From Candidatus Saccharimonadia bacterium (GTDB lineage: Bacteria > Patescibacteriota > Saccharimonadia > CAILAD01 > CAZGYV01): 64,000 nucleotides of DNA. The DNA lies in the NCBI GenBank assembly GCA_041906885.1, contig JAYRII010000014.1, positions 10,059-74,058 on the forward strand, given 5' to 3'. This document shows, one piece after another, positions 1-9,585 of the stretch (positions are counted from its first letter, which is position 1; each line of letters opens with the position of its first letter). The notes under the pieces were generated by a model. The model had not been told where the DNA came from. It ran no database searches and was given only the letters and a program-made list of their open reading frames with translations. The position numbers and the translations under genes were made by a program.

Positions 1-244
1 TGATAACACTACTCGCCATCGAGAAGGAACGATGCTTTCGTAAACATATACGTAGCCTCAAACAGCAACACATAAAAAGCCTGCCTTCCCTGACTGATAC
101 CACCCGTCCACCAGTTGGCAAGCTGGTATCTGTCAAAAACGTCAATTCAGACATCTAAACCCCCAATAAACACGCTCTGGTAGCCGGGTGTGTGCAATGC
201 ACAACCACACTGCTTCGCCGCCCGGCTACCACCCGTGCTCTATA

Positions 245-290
245 AAAACAAAAACCGACTTTTACACTCAAAGGTCGGTTTCTCTTTTTA
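245..290 (-). terminator. Rho-independent terminator-like hairpin downstream of trhO
   Basis: Seen: accgac(255-260)/gtcggt(274-279) stem followed by a T-rich run on the minus strand, immediately 3' of the trhO stop at 309. Confidence 0.45.
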
Positions 291-308
291 AGTAGCAGCT
301 GCCTTTAT

Positions 309-1194
309 TTACTTGGTCGAGACATTGCCGCTGACCAATTGACTCTCCGGACAGCACCCCTTATATCTCTTCACACAATCCTTACAGCATATAAATAGTC
401 TATGGCACTCCGGCCGTGCACAATCAATATAATCATCGCAAGCTTTGTTGCAGTGCTCGCAGACTGCTAAGATTTTACGCCCGCTCGGCGTATCGACATT
501 TGTCACCATCCGCTGATCAAAAACAAAATTTTTGCCTTCAAAATAACCGTCTGGGAATTGCTCTAAGTATTTTACGATACCGCCTTCTAGCTGATAGACA
601 TTGTCAAAGCCTGCTTCAACTAATAGCGCACTGGCTTTCTCACAGCGAATCCCCCCCGGTGCAATAAGTGATCACTTTGCGACCTTTGTACCGTGCTAGG
701 CTTTTAATTTTTAGAGGTAATTCTTTAAAAACTTTGGTATCGGGCTGAACGGCATTTTGGAAACGACCAATCTGATATTCGTAATTATTGCGCATATCAA
801 CTATCACGAAATCCTCGTCGTTTTCGTATAAGTCGTGCAACTCCTGCGGGCTGATATAAATTCCGCGATTATTCAGATCGATCGGACAGCCGAGCGTCAC
901 GATTTCGTCGCGTTTTTTGACAATCAGCTTTTTAAACGGTGGGGTTTTGGCACTCGACTGCTTAAAAACAATTCCACCAAACAGCGGGTGCTTATCCATA
1001 TATTGCTTGTAAGTTTCGACCGATTCGCGCGAGCCAGCCAGGGTGCCATTAATGCCCTCATGCCCGATCAAAATGCGCCCTGTGATGTTGAGACCAGCCA
1101 AGAGCACCTTATCAACTCTGACTTCATAATCAACATCCGACACTGCGATAAATTTATAATACAGCAGCACAATCTGTTCTTTGGCGGTTTTCAT
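309..1194 (-). pseudogene. trhO: tRNA uridine(34) hydroxylase TrhO / rhodanese-domain protein (YceA/UPF0176 family), interrupted by a 1-nt frameshift in a C7/G7 homopolymer at 651-657
   Basis: ORF 640..1194 ends TYCTGGDSL*. Removing one C of ccccccc (651-657) restores [30 protein letters not shown]..., which joins in frame with ORF 309..509 (Cys-rich C-terminal CxxC tail). The rhodanese active-site CTGGIRC motif is split exactly at the homopolymer. Confidence 0.7.
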
Positions 1195-1376
1195 ATCAAG
1201 TTATTTTACTAAAAACTATCACGCTACTCAAACAATCGTGAATAAAAACGGACTGTGCCCCGGTCGATCGGCCAACAGGCTAATCAATCGGGGCACTTTG
1301 ATCCTTTCCAATTTATTTTTATTTCCTTTTTGGTGTTAAGGATTATTAGGAAAAGATCAGTGAGTCAAAGCAGAGA

Positions 1377-1628
1377 TCAGGCTGCCGGGAAGAAGATCAA
1401 AACATAAGGCGAATCGATGCCTGCACGCTTGTAGACCTTGAAAAAGAGCCTATCGCCATCGCGACCTTCAGTGTGGCCACCGACGAAGCCCTCTTCGGCG
1501 ATGACCTTCAGCTTGACGTTAGTAGCGTCGGCAGGACTGTCAACCTCGATACGGCCCGCACAAAGTTCATTCGGGGCTACCCTTTCTGCATGCTCTTCGG
1601 TAACTCGTGAATGCATGACCACTAGCAT
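1377..1628 (-). CDS. hypothetical protein (83 aa)
   Basis: ORF only; no recognisable motif. Visibly GC-richer than its surroundings. Confidence 0.25.
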   Translation of the reverse strand: MLVVMHSRVTEEHAERVAPNELCAGRIEVDSPADATNVKLKVIAEEGFVGGHTEGRDGDRLFFKVYKRAGIDSPYVLIFFPAA

Positions 1629-1718
1629 CGAAGCACCTCCGTACTTCAGCTGCCTACAACTCCACTTTTTATGCTACGCCCAAAATTTATTATTGCAAGT
1701 ACTTAAGAGTATGTTTTT

Positions 1719-2564
1719 TTGTTAAAATTAAACTTAATGAAACGTCTAGCCAAAGAACAGCTTCTACCTATCTTGCTAACGACCATTGTTTGTGCGGCAT
1801 TGATCGGTCTTTTGTGGCTAGAAATAACTATCCTCAATCACTTAACCGGAGCGAATATCGGCTTGAATGTTTATCTTGCCGATGTCCTGGTCGGAATGAC
1901 AATCTACCTCAAAACTTCGATTGACTTTGCTATCTATATCGGCCGGCTAATGAGCAAAAACCATAGCCTATCCGGCCGCGTCGCGATCGAGCTCGGCACC
2001 GCCATCGGCAACGCTGCCGGCACCATGATCATTTTAGCGCTTTGGGTGTTTTTCAAAGATATTAAAATCCTGCTCATACTTATGATTATTATAGCTGCTT
2101 TGGTCTTACTCAGACTAGCTGAAGAAAGCCTGGAAGATCACGTCACAAACACCAAGAGCAATACTTTGACAACTCGACTGGGCAAAACTATTGAACGAAC
2201 CTTGAAGCCCATCAACCGTCTTACTGTCCAATTCTTAAAAATTATTATGCCACAAACCAAAAGCCAGCCGCGTGGTAAGATGGCCTTCTGGCCACTGCTT
2301 GTATTGGCAACCAGCGTGCCTTTTATCCTAGGCTTAGATGATTTCGCTGGCTACGTGCCGCTTTTTAATATTGTCCATATCTTTGGCTTTGCAATTGGTG
2401 TACTCACCGGCCATATGTTGCTAAATATATTCTTATACCTGTCGCCTTCTCACACAATCGCAATCGTCAAGAACCGTACATTTTCCTTACTCGGCAGCAT
2501 TGCTTTTATCGGGCTGGCGCTATGGGGTCTATTTGAAGCCGTCATGCTTTTATTTAGTCATTAA
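1719..2564 (+). CDS. polytopic membrane protein, hypothetical
   Basis: 281 aa with multiple long hydrophobic segments (LLPILLTTIVCAALIGLLWL, ILLILMIIIAALVLL, etc.). Confidence 0.5.
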   Translation: MLKLNLMKRLAKEQLLPILLTTIVCAALIGLLWLEITILNHLTGANIGLNVYLADVLVGMTIYLKTSIDFAIYIGRLMSKNHSLSGRVAIELGTAIGNAAGTMIILALWVFFKDIKILLILMIIIAALVLLRLAEESLEDHVTNTKSNTLTTRLGKTIERTLKPINRLTVQFLKIIMPQTKSQPRGKMAFWPLLVLATSVPFILGLDDFAGYVPLFNIVHIFGFAIGVLTGHMLLNIFLYLSPSHTIAIVKNRTFSLLGSIAFIGLALWGLFEAVMLLFSH

Positions 2565-2875
2565 GATTTTTTGCGGACAGATTTTTTTCTTGCCTTGACA
2601 GACTTACCGCGCCATTGTAATTTCGGCCGCTCGCCACGACTATAGCTGATCATGACCAAGATGAGTGTCATCACCAGTACAAAGGGCACAATCCCATATA
2701 GAGTGTCGCTGACCGAGCCCGAATGGCTGTCGACATTGACCACAAAAGCGATCACGATCGTCAGCCAAACTGCTAAAATCAACCAGCCTTGCCAAGTAGC
2801 TGGTGCCCAACCCCAGCCATAACGCTTACTTTTAAACCATATTTTGCGGCCGATCTCATGAGGCTTTGTCGCCAT
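2561..2875 (-). CDS. small membrane protein (RYGWGW motif, 2 TM), hypothetical
   Basis: 104 aa, two hydrophobic helices and a basic C-terminal tail. Confidence 0.4.
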   Translation of the reverse strand: MATKPHEIGRKIWFKSKRYGWGWAPATWQGWLILAVWLTIVIAFVVNVDSHSGSVSDTLYGIVPFVLVMTLILVMISYSRGERPKLQWRGKSVKARKKSVRKKS

Positions 2876-3009
2876 ATTTACACCCTCTAAGCTTATGCTT
2901 TAATTGTAGCGATTATCGACCAAATTATCTACATTATATTTACTTGTGCTTGTGTTTTTATTTATTTTATGTCATCATCACTAATCTGCCTCAACCCAAA
3001 GGAGCAAAA

Positions 3010-3216
3010 GTGGCAGTAATAGAAAAAGACTACCTTACGTCAGGCGAGGCAGCCAAGCTCTTGCGTTGTAGTCGCAGGACAGTCTGTAGGTTAGCAAAAA
3101 ATGGTCGTCTGCCCCACACCATGACACTCGGTGGACACTTCCGCTTCAGCAAAGCGGATATTTTGGAAGTATTGGAAAACCAAACCTCAGCCACCGAAGA
3201 GAACGAGAATTGGTAG
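3010..3216 (+). CDS. helix-turn-helix DNA-binding protein (excisionase/MerR-like HTH_17 type)
   Basis: AAGGAG RBS then GTG at 3010. Sequence YLTSGEAAKLLRCSRRTVCRLAKNGRLPHTMTLGGHFRFSKADI is typical of excisionase-family HTH domains. The ORF-track start at 2866 is probably too far upstream. Confidence 0.5.
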   Translation: MAVIEKDYLTSGEAAKLLRCSRRTVCRLAKNGRLPHTMTLGGHFRFSKADILEVLENQTSATEENENW

Positions 3217-3225
3217 AAACACAAA

Positions 3226-3798
3226 ATGCAGTATCCGATTCTCATCGTCACCGGTCAGTCCGGATCGGGCAAAAATACGATCATGGACAGACTACTCATA
3301 CGTCATACGACCAAATTGGGCGAGCCAGTCTCGGCTACCACCCGTCGGCCCCGGGCGAGTGAAGTGCAGGGAAAGGACTACTACTTTCTCTCTTCGGAAG
3401 CTTTCTGCCGTTGGCAGCGGATGGAACGATTCGTCGAAACGACTGAGTCGGGCGGCCGCCGCTACGGCATACCCGTAAGTGAGTTTGAGCGTATCGAGTC
3501 GGCGGGCAAGCAGGCCATTGTCTGCTGTGACACCGGGAGTATCGAGAAGTTTATCACGCTTGGTTTTAAAATCAAGGCCGTTTTCCTCGAGGTCCACATT
3601 CGACAGCTATCCGAGCGCATCTGCGGCCGTGATAGCCAGATTCCGGAGCTTGAGCTCAACCATCGACTAGTGCGAGCCGGTCAGGAAAAAGCTTGGGCAG
3701 AAGCTAGAAGAGACCAGCTACCGCTCAAGATCATCGACAACAGCCGCCATCTCAATAAGGCTGTTAGAAAAGTCGAGAAGTTTTTCGGACTAGCTTAG
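3226..3798 (+). CDS. gmk: guanylate kinase-like P-loop kinase
   Basis: Walker A GQSGSGKNT and the guanylate-kinase signature SATTRRPRASEVQGKDYYF. Confidence 0.7.
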   Translation: MQYPILIVTGQSGSGKNTIMDRLLIRHTTKLGEPVSATTRRPRASEVQGKDYYFLSSEAFCRWQRMERFVETTESGGRRYGIPVSEFERIESAGKQAIVCCDTGSIEKFITLGFKIKAVFLEVHIRQLSERICGRDSQIPELELNHRLVRAGQEKAWAEARRDQLPLKIIDNSRHLNKAVRKVEKFFGLA

Positions 3799-3880
3799 GT
3801 AAAAATCATCGAACTATCGCGAGGGCAAGCAGAGCTCCAGCCTACCGGCTAAGACTGGTGGGTTGGAGCTCCAACCATAT

Positions 3881-4846
3881 TTATGAGCGTTCAAGATACT
3901 TATTCACCAAGTCGCGCGCCTCATCATAGTCGCGTGTCTCCATCAAAGTAGCCCGTAATTTGGCAGCACCATCAAAGCCGTGAGCATAAATCTTAAAAAA
4001 TTTCTTGAGCGGCTCAAAGCGTTTGAGTCCGCTCCACTCACGCTCGTGCAGGTCCAAATGCTTCAAGAGTAGCCTCAGCCGATCACCTTGACTATGTTTG
4101 AATCCAGACTGATCGAAGACAAAAATGTCATAGAAGATACCGCGCCCAATCATAATGCCACTGGCACCAGAAGTGGCGGCCAACTGTTCACCTTGTGGGC
4201 GAGATAGAACGTCACCGTTGCCAATGATAATCGTGTCTGGCGCAATAGCATCACGCAATTTGACGACTTTTGCGATCTCATCCCAATGGGCCGGCACTTT
4301 ACTCATTTCTTTAGTCGTACGACCATGAATAATCAGCGCGTCCAAGCCAAGACGCAATAAAAACCCAGCCCACTCTTCAGTAATAATCCTATCAAAGCCA
4401 ACCCGAGTTTTGACACTGACTGGCAAATTGCCGGCCGCCTCCCTAGTAGCAGCAATTATCTCAGCCGCTTTCTCAGGCTGACGAATCAAAGCTGAGCAGC
4501 ATCCATTGCGCACGATATTTTTTTCCGGGCAACCCATATTGATATCGACACCACTGAAGCCTAACTCCCGCACCTTAGCAGTAAGCTGACTGTAGTAAGC
4601 TGGCTCGTGGCCCCAAATCTGGGCAATCAACGGCTGCTCCCCCTCGGTAAAACGCAGCTTGGGTTCGACCACTTCAAAGCCGCCGCGCACGAAAGCATCG
4701 GCACTGGTAAATTCAGTGAAATAGACGTCGGGACGTCCTGCCATATTGACGATCTGCCGAAAGACCGTATCGGTCACATCATCTAGTGGTGCTAGTGCAA
4801 AAAACGGCTTGTCCGCAGCTGATAATTTTTGCCATATGTTCTTCAT
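3881..4846 (-). CDS. tRNA-dihydrouridine synthase (Dus family)
   Basis: FFALAPLDDVTDTVFRQI, DINMGCPEKNIVRNGCCSALI, IHGRT: characteristic Dus/TIM-barrel FMN motifs. Confidence 0.8.
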   Translation of the reverse strand: MKNIWQKLSAADKPFFALAPLDDVTDTVFRQIVNMAGRPDVYFTEFTSADAFVRGGFEVVEPKLRFTEGEQPLIAQIWGHEPAYYSQLTAKVRELGFSGVDINMGCPEKNIVRNGCCSALIRQPEKAAEIIAATREAAGNLPVSVKTRVGFDRIITEEWAGFLLRLGLDALIIHGRTTKEMSKVPAHWDEIAKVVKLRDAIAPDTIIIGNGDVLSRPQGEQLAATSGASGIMIGRGIFYDIFVFDQSGFKHSQGDRLRLLLKHLDLHEREWSGLKRFEPLKKFFKIYAHGFDGAAKLRATLMETRDYDEARDLVNKYLERS

Positions 4847-4854
4847 AAGTCAGA

Positions 4855-4881
4855 AATTATAGCTTATTTTGAGCTATAATT
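4855..4881. promoter_or_regulatory. perfect 10-bp inverted repeat (AATTATAGCT-N7-AGCTATAATT) in the dus/LCP divergent intergenic region; candidate operator
   Basis: Seen directly; a -10-like TATAAT lies downstream at ~4952. Confidence 0.3.
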
Positions 4882-4977
4882 CTAGATTTCATAAGTCAGA
4901 CCCCCCAAGCAAAAATAGTCAGATCTGTAATGGCCTTGTTGGCTTGTTTTTGTCGTATAATGTAAGGCGGAAAGCAT

Positions 4978-6417
4978 ATGAAAGAAAAAGATTTAAAAGA
5001 AATCCCCGACCCAGATTTCGTCTATGATCCAATCAAGGATAAATCGCCAACAACCTCCGAAAATCCTGTGCCAAATAAGCCCCCAATTTTTACAGCACCG
5101 AGTGTTGTGCCAAAGGATAAGCCTGAAAAAAAGCGGCGTTGGCTTAAAATTACACTACTTACTGCAATAGCTATTATTGCTCTGTCTGCCTATCTGTTAA
5201 CACACGTTACTAAGATAAGCTCTAATCCTTTTGCTATTGGCAAGCTCAAAGGTGAGGCTGATGGGCGGATCAACATTATGCTACTTGGTATCGGCGATCC
5301 AGGCCACGATGGCGAGACTCTAGCTGACACCAATATGGTAGTCAGTATCAATACCAAGACAAATGAAGCCGCCATGATCAGTATACCGAGAGATACCAGA
5401 GTTAAAATACCTGGCTATGGTTACAATAAAATCAATCAAGCCCACGCTGATGGTTTTTCTAATAATAAAGATCAAGGCGGTATAGATCTAGCCAAACAAA
5501 CTATCGAAAGCACACTGGAAATACCGATTCACTATTATGTCAGGGCTAATTTTACTGGCTTAAAGCAGATGGTCGATGCAGTCGGTGGAATCGATATAAA
5601 TGTCACAGAAGCACTCTATGACCCGGAATTTCCTTGTGATAAAAACCAATACAAAAGTTGCGGCTTTAAAATAAAAGCTGGAACTCAGCACATGGATGGT
5701 GCGACAGCCCTTAAATATGCTCGTTGCCGCAAGGGCAACTGTGGCGATGATTTCGGAAGAGCCTTACGGCAACAAGAAGTCCTAACAGCAGTACGGTCCA
5801 AGGCTATCAGTGCTCAAACTTTAATCAATCCAGCTAAGCTCAACTCCCTGATGAACGCAGCCAGCAGCAATATCAAAACCGACCTGTCGGTCAACAACAT
5901 CAGTCGCCTAATTGATTTGAGCAAAAAAATCGACCAATCTAAGACCATCAATGTAGTTTTTTCTACCAAGCCAAACGGATTTCTGAAGCAATCAAATAGC
6001 AGCTCTGACTTGGTCCCGGTCGATGGAACATTCTCTGCTATCGCCGAATTTGTGAAAAATGTCTTTACCGTCGGGCCGATTTGGGCCGAAGAGCCGACTG
6101 TGGTAATCGAAAATGGTACTGCCGTAAGCGGTATAGGCAATAAGTTTAGCAAGCAGCTAATGGCCTCGAGTCCATATATTGTGATCGTCAACGTCACTAA
6201 CGCCCTCAAACGCGACTACACCGTTAGCAAGATCATTGATCACAGTGGTGGCAAGAAGCCGCGCACGGCAGCCTACCTAGAGGGTCTATTGCACATCAAG
6301 CCAGTCGCCCCCGAAACAACTGTAAATGTCCCGCCAGCTGACTTCGAGATCATCCTCGGCACTGACTACTCAAGTCAGCTCGCTTCACCCAGCCCCCACC
6401 AGACTAGAGACAATTAG
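4978..6417 (+). CDS. LCP family (LytR-CpsA-Psr) cell-envelope phosphotransferase with N-terminal TM anchor
   Basis: N-terminal TM segment, then NIMLLGIGDPGHDGETLADTNMVVSINT...ISIPRDTRVKIPGYGYNKINQAHA, the classic LCP core. Confidence 0.8.
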   Translation: MKEKDLKEIPDPDFVYDPIKDKSPTTSENPVPNKPPIFTAPSVVPKDKPEKKRRWLKITLLTAIAIIALSAYLLTHVTKISSNPFAIGKLKGEADGRINIMLLGIGDPGHDGETLADTNMVVSINTKTNEAAMISIPRDTRVKIPGYGYNKINQAHADGFSNNKDQGGIDLAKQTIESTLEIPIHYYVRANFTGLKQMVDAVGGIDINVTEALYDPEFPCDKNQYKSCGFKIKAGTQHMDGATALKYARCRKGNCGDDFGRALRQQEVLTAVRSKAISAQTLINPAKLNSLMNAASSNIKTDLSVNNISRLIDLSKKIDQSKTINVVFSTKPNGFLKQSNSSSDLVPVDGTFSAIAEFVKNVFTVGPIWAEEPTVVIENGTAVSGIGNKFSKQLMASSPYIVIVNVTNALKRDYTVSKIIDHSGGKKPRTAAYLEGLLHIKPVAPETTVNVPPADFEIILGTDYSSQLASPSPHQTRDN

Positions 6418-6418
6418 A

Positions 6419-6643
6419 CTACCTGATCCTACCCCAGCCGATCTGGCTCCAAATACGCTCGTGGATAAAATACAGAACGGTGTTAATGGCATTTGATATT
6501 AGCGAAAAACCAGCCGCAAAGTCAGCCCGTCCAGTCATCATGAAGGCTATTAAAAAAACCGATATAATTATCAGTACCCGATAAGTGATTGTTTTGATAA
6601 ATGAACGTTCGACTCTATCGTGACTATTATTGATTTTTTTCAT
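6419..6643 (-). CDS. small membrane protein (DUF2061-like)
   Basis: 74 aa with 2 TM segments; KTITYRVL motif. Confidence 0.4.
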   Translation of the reverse strand: MKKINNSHDRVERSFIKTITYRVLIIISVFLIAFMMTGRADFAAGFSLISNAINTVLYFIHERIWSQIGWGRIR

Positions 6644-6649
6644 TACTAT

Positions 6650-7363
6650 TTAAAGCTCACCCTTAAGATAAGCTTGGCGTTTTTTTTCGGGTAATTTTTC
6701 GATCGCATAGCGTAGAGTTGTGCGTGGCATAGCTTTATAGCGACCGTCGCTAAGTAAAAAATCTTCGAGTATTTGCTGATCACACCTTTTGCCGACCTCG
6801 CGCAGCATCCAGCCAACGGCCTTTTGAATCAAATCATGCTCATCATCCAACAGCAGTTCGGCCAATTTAAGTGTCCACTCCGGATTGCCCTGCCTAATAA
6901 AATAAAAGGTGGCAATCATGGCAATACGTCGCTCCCAAACACTCGAAGACCGAGCTAGTACGATTAAGACATCTTTATCCCTATCGCTTAAAAAATGGCC
7001 GACGACATGCGACGCCGATGAGTCAACGATATCCCAATTATTTATATAATCAGTCTGGGCTAAGTAAAAATTATAGATCTCTTCCTGGTGATATTCATCA
7101 GACCTATTGTACTGCTTGACTAATATGAAGACTGCCAAGAGTCGCTCTTCATGCGTCTTGCTTTTTAATAGCTTCTCAATATCTGCTAGGCTTAAACCAC
7201 GATGATTGTTGGCTATTTTGCGCAACTCTGGTACGGTTACGCCGATAAACTCATCGCCCTCACCGTACTCACCTGGTCCAGTCTTAAAAAACCAAGATGA
7301 TGCTTCGGCTCTTTTTGGATCAGCCTTTGCCTTTAATTCCCTCTTAAGAGCAGTGATCGACAT
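6650..7363 (-). CDS. DNA alkylation repair protein (AlkD/AlkC HEAT-like repeat family)
   Basis: LKAKADPKRAEASSWFFKTGPGEYGEGDEFIGVTVPELRKIA and later helical repeats are typical of the pfam DNA_alkylation family. Confidence 0.65.
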   Translation of the reverse strand: MSITALKRELKAKADPKRAEASSWFFKTGPGEYGEGDEFIGVTVPELRKIANNHRGLSLADIEKLLKSKTHEERLLAVFILVKQYNRSDEYHQEEIYNFYLAQTDYINNWDIVDSSASHVVGHFLSDRDKDVLIVLARSSSVWERRIAMIATFYFIRQGNPEWTLKLAELLLDDEHDLIQKAVGWMLREVGKRCDQQILEDFLLSDGRYKAMPRTTLRYAIEKLPEKKRQAYLKGEL

Positions 7364-7455
7364 ATAATGATTTTACCATAGGGTAAGCTGATATTCAGAC
7401 TACTTCAAGATTGACAATCAGTCAGCCCAAGAAGTGTCAATGATATAATTAAACA

Positions 7456-8274
7456 ATGAACCAGTTTGTATTGATGGTGAGACCAGCCATTGTAGCCTTC
7501 AAACGTCTACTAATCTTAGCAGCCAATATTATTTTTGTATTATTCTTATATTTTACTATCATTCCAATCACATATCGTGATATTAGCAAATTAGTCGGCA
7601 TTATACTCACCTATGGCGTGACAGCCTACTATGTGATCCCCAAGATCCACCGTCTATTACAATCACTCTACACCCCACCGTTTATCTTGGGGCGTACTCG
7701 AACGCGAGATGGTATCTTGGCCGATCCAATTAATATTGGTCTAGTTGGTACTAAAGAAGAAATTACAAACTGCATGGCAAAAGCCGGTTGGCACGAAGCC
7801 GATCCGAGAATACTAAAAAATAGTCTACGTTCTGCATTGTGCGTTCTATTCAAACGGTCTTATCCAAACGCACCGGTCAGCGATCTGTATCTGTATGGAC
7901 GTAAGCAAGATCTAGTTTTTCAGCAAGCTGTGGCGGGTTCTCCACGCAAAAGACATCATGTCAGATTTTGGAAAGTCGATAAAAGCCAAGCCTCAGGCAA
8001 AATACCAGCAAATCTCTGGCTGGGTGCGGCAACCTATGATAACGATATCAGTTTTAGTTTTTTTACCGGCCAGATCACCCATACAATTGCACCCGATACG
8101 GATGCGGAACGCGATTATATTATTAGTACCTTGCGCAAGTCTAGTCTGATCAAAAAGTTGCACGAGATTAAACAGTATGTACCGGCCTATGAGCATTGGA
8201 ATGGGGATGGCCGCAAATTTTTTACCAACGGCTCGCTCAAGATAGTTGAGCTTAAATTAAGAATGACACGCTAG
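7456..8274 (+). CDS. membrane-anchored protein with LssY C-terminal-like domain
   Basis: N-terminal TM helices, then DPINIGLVGTKEEI...AGWHEADP...RKRHHVRFWK...LWLGAATYDNDIS, the pattern of LssY_C-domain proteins. Confidence 0.45.
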   Translation: MNQFVLMVRPAIVAFKRLLILAANIIFVLFLYFTIIPITYRDISKLVGIILTYGVTAYYVIPKIHRLLQSLYTPPFILGRTRTRDGILADPINIGLVGTKEEITNCMAKAGWHEADPRILKNSLRSALCVLFKRSYPNAPVSDLYLYGRKQDLVFQQAVAGSPRKRHHVRFWKVDKSQASGKIPANLWLGAATYDNDISFSFFTGQITHTIAPDTDAERDYIISTLRKSSLIKKLHEIKQYVPAYEHWNGDGRKFFTNGSLKIVELKLRMTR

Positions 8275-8371
8275 TTTTCTAGAATAAGTTGGCCTAGCGA
8301 ATTATTAGCTCAGTGCTATAATTCAGTTGTATAGTTGTATAATTGAGGCTTAATAAGAGAAAGAAAGGCCT

Positions 8372-8740
8372 ATGAATCAAGACGCTAACAACAAATCATC
8401 GGCCATCGTCATTGGACTAATCATCATCGTGGTGGGGTTGCTTCTTCTAGTCAATCTACTTAGCAAAGGATCTACGGTTGATATTATTATGGTAAAATAT
8501 TGGCCAACCCTGATTCTGCTATTCGGTGCGATTATGGCGGCCTCCAGCCCCAAGACTGGCCTGGTCACAATGCTTTTTGGTGCCTTGCTGCTGATATATC
8601 AATTAGGTTTGTTTGGCACAGCTGGTGGCAGAACCGCCATTGTAGCACTCATCATGCTTTCCGGCCTAGTGCTAATTGTGTCAGCCATCGGCCCTAAGAA
8701 AAAGACCGGTAATAGCTTGCCGCCACCTCGTGAAAAGTAG
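8372..8740 (+). CDS. small polytopic membrane protein, hypothetical
   Basis: 122 aa, 3-4 hydrophobic helices. Confidence 0.4.
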   Translation: MNQDANNKSSAIVIGLIIIVVGLLLLVNLLSKGSTVDIIMVKYWPTLILLFGAIMAASSPKTGLVTMLFGALLLIYQLGLFGTAGGRTAIVALIMLSGLVLIVSAIGPKKKTGNSLPPPREK

Positions 8741-8767
8741 TTAAAATCTAATAATAAAGGAATTGAG

Positions 8768-9097
8768 TTGGAAAAACTAACGCCCGAACAACTAGCAGAG
8801 ATAAACGCCTACCGCAAAGTAGTAGTCGTTGGAGTTCTGTTTGTCATCTTAGGAATAGTCTTTTATCACTTAGTAGAAAAATTATCTTGGCTAAATAGTG
8901 CATATTTCACTGTCATCACACTCTCAACCGTTGGCTACGGCGACATTGTACCGCACACGCCAGCCGGAAAAGTCTTCACTATATTCTACGTTTTTGTCGG
9001 AATCACAATATTTGTTGCGATCGCTCGCATTATCGTCCAGTACGCAGCCTTGAGGCGTTATCGCCACGAACAAGAATCAAAACATCAAAATAAATAG
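8768..9097 (+). CDS. minimal two-TM potassium channel (KcsA-like pore)
   Basis: K+ selectivity filter TLSTVGYGDIVP between two TM helices. Confidence 0.75.
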   Translation: MEKLTPEQLAEINAYRKVVVVGVLFVILGIVFYHLVEKLSWLNSAYFTVITLSTVGYGDIVPHTPAGKVFTIFYVFVGITIFVAIARIIVQYAALRRYRHEQESKHQNK

Positions 9098-9101
9098 AAG
9101 T

Positions 9102-9464
9102 TTATTCTTTATGATTAAACTGGATACCGCCAGACACGCCAGCCACAACATTAAACAACCAGCCGTATATGACTCCGATTAGCCAGCCGACAGCAAAATA
9201 AATTATCGGCAAGAGAATAACTGTAAATAACCCAGCTGTTAGCCCGAAAAGCAGCCCCTTAATAACGCTGTCTGTCTGAGCACCAAATGCCAGACTACCT
9301 CCAAGTGCTGCAATCAGCGCAATTACTAAACCAACTAATGCCCAGGCTGTACCAACAAATACAGCCAAAGATGTTGGCTTCACACTTTTGATCGTTAAAC
9401 CTTCATGCGCCACAACAATCACCTCCTCTCCAATCAATTTGATTACTAAGATTCTAATACTCAT
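9102..9464 (-). CDS. membrane protein, hypothetical
   Basis: 120 aa with Gly/Ala-rich TM helices. Confidence 0.4.
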   Translation of the reverse strand: MSIRILVIKLIGEEVIVVAHEGLTIKSVKPTSLAVFVGTAWALVGLVIALIAALGGSLAFGAQTDSVIKGLLFGLTAGLFTVILLPIIYFAVGWLIGVIYGWLFNVVAGVSGGIQFNHKE

Positions 9465-9585
9465 ACCTATTTTTGACTGTGGTAAATATTACAAATACAA
9501 AATAGTGCGTTACGCAATATATATCTTATGCTTGACTTAATACCACCGTTGGCGTAATAGTAGGTTATTTACGAGAGAATACACG

